Of a stretch of 64,000 bases of DNA, positions 24,401 to 33,968 are shown piece by piece; within the stretch, counting starts at the first letter, position 1, and each line of letters opens with the position of its first letter. The DNA is from Trichoplax adhaerens (Eukaryota; Animalia; Placozoa), in the NCBI RefSeq assembly GCF_000150275.1, contig NW_002060949.1, positions 2,973,836-3,037,835 on the forward strand. Reading direction: 5' to 3'. Below the pieces are notes generated by a model. The model ran no database searches. It saw only the letters and a program-made list of their open reading frames with translations, and was not told the origin of the DNA. Made by a program: the position numbers and the translations under genes.

Positions 24401-27400
24401 TTACAATATTTGGAAATTGTAATCATTAACTAAGACTATAACAGCTATAAAAATTTATTTAGTGGCAAGTAAACAAGAAGACAGTGAATTTTTGATAAAT
24501 TCGACAATTTTGTTGACGTAATAATCATTCATTATATTGTTTAATTAATATAATCAAGTATTCAGTTTTTACTTCAAAAGCGATAATTCGCGGCAAATTG
24601 TGTCCGGACTTGTCTCTATTAATCAAAATGGAAGAGTGATTTCAGTTGCAGGTCGAGTCAGATTATAAATAATAATAATATATTACGTAGATTATGAAAT
24701 TAATTAGGAGTAGCTGATATTGTACAGGTACTTACTTATTTATTACATTTACGCTAATAAATAAATAAGTAAACGATCATAATTTATATTAAATTTTCTA
24801 TATTTAGACTACTTCTCGTACAATATTGTGCGCATCAAAATGTACGGTTGATGAAAATTGTATTATCTCAAATTCAAATAGAATGCCTGTAAAAAATATA
24901 ATATTAAGCCTTGGAAAATTTTTTAAAACTTTACTTCCGTGACCAATGACCATCCATCGCAATCGTTTACAGAGTAACTACATATTGTAGTAATTTAATC
25001 TAATCAAAGAAACAGCCAGACATAATTTATGATGCTTCAGGCTGTAACTATCATGACCTTTTACTGATAGCTTTTAGTAAATAAAGATTACTGTAAATGT
25101 TGAAATTTAAATGACAATATGTGGTTCCTTCCTGCGACTGAAAATTTATTTAACTTTAGACCTTTGCATTTTATCTAACTTATTTATGTTGGGAAGGTAT
25201 TATGAGATGAATCTGTTATATAAGTACACCTGCAATGTAATTCAGTAGGACTTGAATGAAGATATTCACCACAGTTGCAAATGCTTCAATTTAATCATAG
25301 TCCACTAATGGATGTTATTAATATAGCAAAGGTAAAGATCTACTTTTGTCTATACAATAAGACATGATGACGTAATTCTCATCAAGGTCACCTAGTGTAT
25401 ATTTTGAACTATTAATTTAGTTACAATGTATTGGAGGAAAGTTTGCTTCAGCTGTTAACAAGGAAGTCGATCAAGGACGTATGTGTGTGATTTGCAAATA
25501 CAAACATATGGCATCACGATTTATCTTTGCCTAGGGCTTTTCTCATCATTCAAAAAGTGATGCTAATGTTGCAGTGATCGGTGAGGTCAAGAAAATATAA
25601 CCCGTATATTCTGTATAAAGTATAAAGCAACTACGATGCAATTTTAAATAATCAACAGCACGGCTTTGTACGTATATGGTATACGACGTAAGTCACACAG
25701 ATGATACAATGAATGCAGAGTCGTACATGGCTCAATCAGCTTACCTAGTAAAGAGAGAATTTTCAGATGTCATATGATCCACTTTTATTCAAGGAATATT
25801 TTTAATCTTTGCCTCCAAAAATCGATACGAATGCATTCCTAATCCAAGAATTGCTTCACGAAATAGGGATACTATAAGAGCCCCTAAATATAAGTTGATT
25901 TTGAGTAGATTTTAAATCCTCTTCCTTACCCATCTCCTGCGCGTTAACTCAGTAAAAGTCTGAATTCAGTAGTAACCTGTTCTTAATTAGCAATCTTTCT
26001 CCTGGATAAAAATTCATATCACTTTCAGGAGATTATGTAAAATGTGGATAGTCCGACATCGAATGGTTCCGAGAAAATCGTTTATCTCTACAGTAAAAGA
26101 TTTCACGGTATCATGAAACAATGATACACAGATTTATCTCAATTATTTGCTCATCATATCAAAAGATTATCTAAGTCACTCATCAAAGAGTGATTGGTTA
26201 TCTACTGTACAGTACTGTACTGTACAATGTAAATTAAAATTCGCTTCGAATTTTTAGCTAAATGATACTGAACGTGTGATACTACAGCCAAAAAAATAAT
26301 AGTGTGGAAAATTATCCCGTGACCAAAGTGACGTATTTTTGTCTAACACGATAAAACCTCTAGCTGCATGCACCTTCACGGATATCGCAAGTCAAGTTTT
26401 TCTCCTATCAGTTGTAAGCTACTGACAAATTTATTTTACTGATACTTTATATTGGCCAAATCTTCTTTCGTTCAAGACATTGCATAGGTTTAATTTAATT
26501 AAACAAGGTCTCTATGGCGCATATTCATACAGAGTATAAAATGATTTTAGATTAACCTGTAAAGTTTAGGATAGCAAGTGACTTGTAGTGCTTAAATTTG
26601 CAAGTTGTATACGATCAGTACGAGTAACACTACGAATTTGAATCCAGCTGGATAGACATTTTAATTGAACTAGTCAGTGATAACTGAAGATGAATCAATT
26701 CGATTTACTATGCGCATATATATACGAAGTAACAAGATTTTGAACTCATAAACGTAATCGTTTAAATCCGGTCTGATTATTGCCGTTTACTGTCAGGATG
26801 TGGATTGGAGGAAAACAAGGGTTGAGTAGTTCCGGTTACCAGTGAATAGCTTTGAGGATATTTTCCAACAGTATTCACTGTCTGTAAAATTACTGTATGT
26901 TCTTATCAAAATAGACACATTAGAACCTCTTTTATATATCGAAATACTTATACTTTATTGGTCAGCTTTCCGGGTTAAACGATTGGCTGAAAACATATAC
27001 AGTATATATCGTTTAATACCGTACTGTTATTACATTATATTGCTATTTTAAAGATAAGATTGATATTATTAATATTACAGTACTTCCAGTAGCTGTTACA
27101 ATTCGGGTGAGATATTATAGTACAAAATGTTAATAAGGCGAAAATAAAAGATCATTTAGTTGACATTTGCAGTTAATATATTTTCTATCGGGTGAAAACG
27201 TTAAGTTATATTCGTATAATGTCCATAATATAGTGTACTGCACTGGCAAGTAGACAACAAATACATAAAAACTCCATCTTTTTGTGTTATCAACAAAGTT
27301 CCGCATCGGCGCTACTTGTAAATAATGATTACTGCAATAAATAATTTGGTAACAAGTATAGCAATTTATAGTTGTTATTACCACTGGATTAGACCGAGTG

Positions 27401-28063
27401 CAGTACAAGAACTTCCAAAGGACTCTTTGCCCTTAATTTAAACATATCCATCTTAAATTTAATCGGTATGTCAACTGGAGTAAAAGTAGTGTGGCTAAAA
27501 AATAAGATCGATAGCAGTTAAAAGCAAAGAAAAAAAAATAGTACTCACTGCTTTACATGATACTAGCTAAATATACTCGTGGAATCGGGATTAATAAAAT
27601 TCGAATTTCATGTTTATTAATGCTGAATTCATATGCTGTAGGATAATCGTATGCCAAGATACTGATCAATCATTATTCTTTGTGAACGGCGTCATACATT
27701 AATTATTACAAACGTATAATGGGCAAAAGAGCCTATTTTATAAGTTTATCATCGAATAAATCAAAAATATTTACAAAATAAGAGTACGGAATTAATCAGT
27801 ATCCTGGATCTTCTTAACCAATATAAATATAGTGGATAAAAGTGGTGCGTTCCGCAACGTTTATGGAGGGATAGTTCTTATGTGCAATCTTCAGTACCAC
27901 ATCCAAACCAAGTAGTCCAGTAGCGTGAATATATTTTTCAATTAGTACTATCTCTATTCGTGTAACACGAAACTGAGATTCAAATGTTACCAGTTTGGTT
28001 CCTATCCATACAGTATACCGTAGTATGGAATGGCATAAAACTTGTGAACGCTTCGGTAATCTA

Positions 28064-28882
28064 TTATTGTGGCAGTGAAATATGGCAACCAGCACCGACG
28101 TGTTGTAAAATTTGTTCTTTTATGGCACAAATTTCTTTTCGTAAGGTTTCGACAGTAGAAGTTAACTTATTATTTTCGCATTTCAATTCTTTGACCCTAT
28201 CTTGAAGATCTTTCTCTTTTTCTAGCTTTCGTTTACGACAGCGTGAAGCAGCCAGTCGATTTCTTTCTCTTTTTCTCTCTTTTTTAACCCATTCCTGTTC
28301 TTCTAAATCAATTTGCGGTAACGCATTGGAAGCGACCGGTACAATCTGGGATTTTTCATCTTTTACGGAAGAATTGGGTAACATGTTGATAGCGTAATTA
28401 TTATTGGCAAAAGTGTTGGAGCTTTGGGTAACCGCTATCATGGGAGTCGAGTTGATAGCATGTTGGGTAGATATACCGCTAGTACGAGTTAAGGGTACCA
28501 CAACCTGTGCTTCACTGAGGCTTTTTTTCTCGGCGTCATAGGCAGTGGCTAATCTTTGGGCGTAATCATTTCGCGTTCCATGCTTACATAAATCCCCATT
28601 TAAAAAGCAACCAGAGGGCGTAGGAGTAGTTATGGCGCCATGTTGCTCGATGATTAAACGTTCCAGTTCTGGTGATGCCAATTGCAGCATGTTTAAATCA
28701 GGTGTAGTTAGCGTACATTCGTTATTACTTTTGAGTAAAGCGGCACTTTTCTTTTTAGGCAAACTTTCTAGGTTCAACTGCATTTTGCCTTTGTCGGTAG
28801 CGCCACCTCCGAAACTGAAGTCGTTGCTATACATAACGTTTTCGTCAGAATACAAGGAGTCACTTGCAGTCCAATGATCCAT
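28064..28882 (-). CDS. JUN: Transcription factor AP-1 subunit Jun (bZIP), intronless CDS, 272 aa
   Basis: Delta/JNK-docking-like KMQLNL; LTTPDLNMLQLASPELERLII; ITTPTP; basic region KKERKRERNRLAASRCRKRKLEK; leucine zipper; C-terminal HVGAGC. Confidence 0.98.
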   Translation of the reverse strand: MDHWTASDSLYSDENVMYSNDFSFGGGATDKGKMQLNLESLPKKKSAALLKSNNECTLTTPDLNMLQLASPELERLIIEQHGAITTPTPSGCFLNGDLCKHGTRNDYAQRLATAYDAEKKSLSEAQVVVPLTRTSGISTQHAINSTPMIAVTQSSNTFANNNYAINMLPNSSVKDEKSQIVPVASNALPQIDLEEQEWVKKERKRERNRLAASRCRKRKLEKEKDLQDRVKELKCENNKLTSTVETLRKEICAIKEQILQHVGAGCHISLPQ

Positions 28883-28898
28883 AATAAGAAGAAAATTT

Positions 28899-29120
28899 CT
28901 ATAAAGTTAAATTTGCGGTTAGAAAGTTCACGATCTAAACATCTCTAGCCACATAGGTGCAATAAAATGAGTCATCAATAGTAGTACAAGTCTATCTATC
29001 TATCTTCTATCGACGATAACAGGTATACTGTAAACGTACAAACCTCGAAATAAAGCTAGTACTGTACCAGTGTGTTCAAGCAGTAAATCCAATAGAACAT
29101 TCGTGTACTTAGATCCTCAC
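28899..29120 (-). other. Predicted 222-nt 5'UTR intron of JUN
   Basis: Minus strand: donor GCG|GTGAGG at 29120, branch-like TTCTAAC near 28918-28924, acceptor AACTTTATAG at 28899, 16 nt upstream of the ATG. Splicing would remove several upstream ATGs. Confidence 0.55.
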
Positions 29121-29140
29121 CGCAAGATCGGTATGATTCA

Positions 29141-29272
29141 ACTGAGGTTTTAGTTCGTCTGTCGCGTTTTTATAAGTTCATCCCGTTACTTTTTTTGGAA
29201 CGGATTCCATTGTGATACCATTAGAGAGCGCTGATTGGTTTACCTTTCAACGGGGGTTTACGTCACCCCAGT
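29141..29272 (-). promoter_or_regulatory. JUN core promoter: Inr, TATA, CCAAT and ATF/CRE-like site
   Basis: Minus strand: TCAGT Inr (A at 29143), TATAAAAA at 29174-29167 (31 nt upstream), AACCAATCAGC (CCAAT at 29238-29234), GGGGTGACGTAA (TGACGTAA at 29265-29258). Confidence 0.7.
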
Positions 29273-29317
29273 CCAGCATAACAGGCTCTGTCGCATGCTG
29301 ACACTACCTGACAATTT

Positions 29318-29590
29318 CTACTACAGTATGGTAATGTACTATACAGTACAGTAGTCTGTCTAGTGCAGCATTTTTAGCAATGGACATTGTTCTTGGTGAT
29401 TATCATTCTTTCGATTATTTATTATTATTTATTTATTTATTGTTGCGAGCTGCATACTGTAGCGTAGTAGCGTACAATGTACTTTGCCAGGTGTGAATCA
29501 ATCGTAGTGTCCAGTATTCCTACTACTGTATAGTGGACTGTACACCATGCAGAGCAGTGCACCGTACTGTACTACTGTACTACTCTACGC
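29318..29590. repeat. CAGTA/TACTG micro-repeat-rich region upstream of the JUN promoter
   Basis: tactacagta, tacagtacagta, tactactgta, gtactgtactactgtactac. Confidence 0.55.
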
Positions 29591-30057
29591 CACTGGCTGC
29601 TGCATTTGTAACCAATGTTTTTGCATATTGTGCTGTATTGCTAGTGCCGGCGGGCACTAGTCTAGACCAGGCCATCCGACTAAATTTGAACTTCTTACTG
29701 TAAGGGTCTCTAGTTTACAGTACTGCATTGTACTTTAAAGTAAGACTTTTAAAAAGCCCGACCTCCCGCAGGTGTACAACGCAGCTTATCACCCTATAAA
29801 ATTGTAGCCTGTCCACTAGTCATGACTGCACTGTCACTCAGTGCTGCACCTGGACATGCTTTTTAAATTGAATTTTCACCTTATAAAGTGCAAAGAATTG
29901 AAAAAGGAGTATTTGACAGCACTTTACAGACAATATAAAACATCTTAATTAGCTAATTAGGATTGATCACTGCACCTTAATACCTGTAATATTTTACATG
30001 TCTAAGATCGCGTTAATAATCCGATAGCATTATTGCTAGGCTCCATTCTGAGAATCT

Positions 30058-30177
30058 GAGTACTGTACACTATACTGTACAGTGTACTGTACAGTACTGT
30101 ACTGTACCCGCTTTCACTCTGTACTGTACAGTATACAGTACTGTACCTGTACTGTTCTGTACAGTACAGTACAGTAC
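30058..30177. repeat. Dense CAGTA/TACTG/TGTACA palindromic array
   Basis: tactgtacactatactgtacagtgtactgtacagtactgtactgtac...tgtactgtacagtatacagtactgtac...tgtacagtacagtacagtac. Confidence 0.85.
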
Positions 30178-30232
30178 GTTGCTGCTCTTAGTTACTCTGG
30201 TGAACTTCAAAATTTTAAACAATGCTTTATTA

Positions 30233-30330
30233 TGACGTTTTATTTACCGTTAAAATAAAAGAAAGAATAGAACAAAAATTAATTAATTAATTATCAGAAT
30301 AGAACGTCAACGTCAGCGATTGTGACGTCA
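30233..30330. promoter_or_regulatory. CRE cluster (one full TGACGTCA plus three CGTCA half-sites)
   Basis: TGACG at 30233-30237, CGTCA at 30305-30309 and 30311-30315, TGACGTCA at 30323-30330, in a CpG-poor background. Confidence 0.55.
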
Positions 30331-30840
30331 TTCTCACAAGGCTAATACTCTACTTTATTACAGCTAAACTACAGTAGTGTAATGTAATTCAGAGTAATTC
30401 AGATGAGATGAGTAGTTTCAGGTAGTTTAAAGTGAGTGAAAGGTAATGTACTTACAGTTAAAAATACCTAGAAGGTAAAAGGCACCACATGCTGTACTTA
30501 CAGCTCGTAGAGGAATAGGCATCCCGTCGCTTTTGTGCTTAGGACTGAATTCATACGCGCACAATAGCATAAACCCTACTGACTATAGCCTACTACATAT
30601 GGATATATTACGCTGTTGTGCTACAACTCTCGTTTTTGCATTTTTATTGCCAATATTCTCTGTGTAAATCCGCTGTTACGAATCCATACTGACAAGGTAT
30701 TAAGTATACTGTATATATGCTTTGTCTATTACTGCAATATTTACAGTTTGTTTTTATTAGTGTCCCCTCAAATAGTTCTGCGCTACTAACACAAATAGTA
30801 CTAGAATTATAAAATTGCTGTTTTATTAGAAAGCACTTTA

Positions 30841-30920
30841 CCCCGCCCACTTTTGGAATTTTCTGACACTAACCTTTTCATCTGCCTTTTGTGCTATTTT
30901 AGGATGTCTTCCATATATGG
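30841..30920. promoter_or_regulatory. GC box plus serum-response-element-like Ets/CArG composite
   Basis: CCCCGCCCAC at 30841-30850; AGGATGT at 30901-30907 followed by a perfect CArG box CCATATATGG at 30911-30920. Confidence 0.5.
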
Positions 30921-31226
30921 GCAATAAGATTTGTCGCCTTCTACTAAATAGTACAGTGTACGTAGACACTTTATATAAGGGTATCATGTTATTGTAGCTT
31001 AAAAATAGATTGAAAGTAAAAATATCTACGGGTATTAATAGAATTTATGAGTATACAATCGAAAATCGGTAGGCATTTATTTTTAAAATAATATAATTAA
31101 TGAACACTTCCCCAATACCAATACAAACACACACCATAAATATACTCCTTCTATATATATCTACTACTGCTACGCATCTACCATATGTCGGATTAAAATG
31201 GATCAGATAAAAAAAGGGTGTGCCGT

Positions 31227-31480
31227 TGTACAGTACAGTACTTTACTAGTCAGTTACACTACAGTACAGTACAGTACATACTGTAACTTTACAGTACTGT
31301 AGTGTACTGTACACTGTACTGTACAGTACAGGTAGCACGGGTTGTCCTGTACAGTACTGTACAGTGCACTACTACAGTGTATAGTACTGTTGGTACGCGT
31401 ACGCGTGGCTGTGTTGATTTGTGTTACTATAGTAATCCAGCAACATTGCGCTTTGTAGCATGTACAGTACAGTGTTTATA
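31227..31480. repeat. CAGTA/TACTG/TGTACA palindromic array
   Basis: tgtacagtacagtac, tacagtacagtacagtac, gtactgtacactgtactgtacagtacag, ctgtacagtactgtacag. Confidence 0.85.
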
Positions 31481-31637
31481 CTGTATTGTATTGCACTGTG
31501 CTCGGTCTAAGCTGCATTGCTTACTGGGGTTACCTACTGCCAGTAACCACCTTAAGTTAATCATCATGCTGTGGACCGGAGACTACAGTTGTACAATGTA
31601 CAGTCCGCTACTAATTAAAATAAAATGAATAAAAAAA

Positions 31638-31866
31638 GAAGGAAAAAGAGGGACGGAAGCGATCGTTCATTTGTAGTAAAATGTGGAGGCCGATTATTTT
31701 ACTGATCATTTCAACTGTATCGCATGTCTGCAACGGTCGACTATGCTGTCCACGATTGACATCCAATTAATCCAAAATAGCTTCTAATTAGAACAGCCGG
31801 AAAATTGATTAGCCTCTATATTATTTTGCACTGAAGGCCGCCTTCCGCCCCTTCCTCTCTTCCTTT
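31638..31866 (+). repeat. Imperfect long inverted repeat (foldback): possible structured ncRNA or decayed MITE
   Basis: 31672-31690 pairs with 31812-31830 at 17/19 positions (4 G-U). Pairing continues inward (31692-31704 with ~31798-31810) and outward (purine tract 31638-31661 with pyrimidine tract 31839-31866). Confidence 0.55.
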
Positions 31867-33968
31867 ATTTTAGTACAGTACTCCCTCCTATGGTACACAA
31901 TTTTCGCGTAAAAGGGGATAACGGGTAGTAATTTTTACAACAATATATCCACACGTTTTGCAGTATTTTCCCATATTACTTACAAATACAATATACTTTA
32001 AATAGCGTATATGTATAATTTAATTAATTAAATTTAGGTCATCATGAGCTAATTAAAGTGATTGTGACATGTAGTAGTTTATGACTGCATCTAGAACAAA
32101 ACGAAAGTATATTATTGTGTTGCTTGAATAATAATACACTAATTTAAAGTACTATTAGATAGTTTACATGTATACCAGTGTGCTGCATTGGAGCAGCGCT
32201 ATACTGTACAATACTATACGGTATAGCGGTTTCGATGTTCTATCATTGAAAGCCGGATCTGATGTGCGAGCCACTTTAAATGCAATCATATCCAATAGCT
32301 ATTAAATTATATAACATGAGATCATTCAGTTAGCATTAAATGATGTATTCTATGCTGCACCATGCAGCAAACTTACAATCCCCTGGTGAAATACCTGCCT
32401 TATACATTAATGCTATATAATGTAACAGTAATATTTCTACGGACAATCATACCCGGCAGGCACTAAGTTATACTGCATAGGATAGTTATTAAGCTTATAC
32501 CTGAGTCATTTAATTTTCGTAATGATGTACGTATTTCATGATATTTAGTAGTTTATCAAACCCTTCGTGAAAGATATAGTCTTGTACATGAATCCAATAT
32601 TAATGTATTTACAGTAGAGATATTGAATATAACGTCTATACATTTCCAGTCGAATCATCTAACATTAATATATATGTATTAGACGGAAGTAATTAAACAT
32701 TAGTACATTAAATAAGGCATAAATTAAATTTTATAGTTAAGTAAAATAAAAGCATACAATACTGTAAATATGGTAATTTAGGCATCTATCCGATAGTAAA
32801 GATTATCTATATACATACAATTGCGAAATCAATGCTATTATAGGGGTAATAGTAACGCGGTAAAGGCATACGGAGTGAATAATTACTTCGATTGATTCAT
32901 AGATATGGCAGTCCTGCACATATAATAAGCATTAGAGCCATAAGCTATTCATACCAGTATCTACACCACAAAATATAAGGGAATTCATACTTCAGCACTA
33001 TCACAAACGGGTGGTTTTATTAACTTTTCACTTCAAAGGTTATTTTATGATTCTAATGAATCCGTAATGACACTACGTTTCACATTTGCAGTGCAGATCT
33101 TTTAGATGTTGGGATATACGTACTCTATCACTTTCGATATTAATAAACTACATACAATAAAGTTAACGTTTGAATTATTTCGGTATGTTCAAAATTTTAG
33201 ATTGTTTTGATGCTATAGCATAACATTCTAAGGAGCACTTATTAAGCATTACAATCTATACAAATGCATGCCAACTACATATTTTAATATGACCTGAACG
33301 AAGTTAATCAAAATTTAAAAGCAATGAGCTTGTGCTACAAAATAATGGTATATTTTCTTGTCAATGCTTTTGTAAATTTATTTATATCTTGCTTATAGTG
33401 TATTCGTAACATTTCTAAATCATTTAAGGATTTGTGAATCACGGCTAATATTCGTCTATTTACAAAAATGTATAGCAGCATAATTCCAACATGCCATCAT
33501 AGCTGCTAATATGTCAATGCATTACATAATGCTAGCAAATAACTAAAATATCGATCACAATATCACATCGTTTAAGAAATTTTTACACATCCGTGTGTAT
33601 GCATTTGATATTTTAGTATTAGAAATATTTTAAAATTACTATGATTTGTTACTATCGGGGAAATGATTTAGATAGTAGATCGTCATATTTTCTCAATTTC
33701 AACATAATTAGACAAAATATGAAAATGTACTACAGTGCTGTGCTAAACTCGGAGTATATAGTAAGTATATGAACATCACTATAAATCATATACCTGATAT
33801 CGTATACAGTATAAACATCACTAATACATGTTAGTATATAAATTAAGAAAAAGTTTTCCATAAACTGAATTGATCACAGAATAAAAACGAACGTCATAGT
33901 TTTATAGCTTGCAAGGTGTGATGACTTATTGAGCATTGCTTGGTGTCATCATTTATCGTATTTTAGAT

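Noticed and set aside
25745-25960. Two minus-strand donor-bounded segments downstream of JUN
   Set aside because: The larger segment has stops in all frames; a non-coding spliced RNA cannot be supported from sequence alone.
27814-28877. ORFs antisense to or overlapping JUN (27814-28095, 27984-28205, 28632-28877)
   Set aside because: Shadow frames of a coding/UTR region with no independent evidence.
31565-31870. U3 snoRNA (GATCATTTC) or SRP RNA (CTGTAGTC on the minus strand) identity for the foldback
   Set aside because: U3 boxes A', C', B, C and D and the SRP helix-8 motif are not found in the right order or strand.
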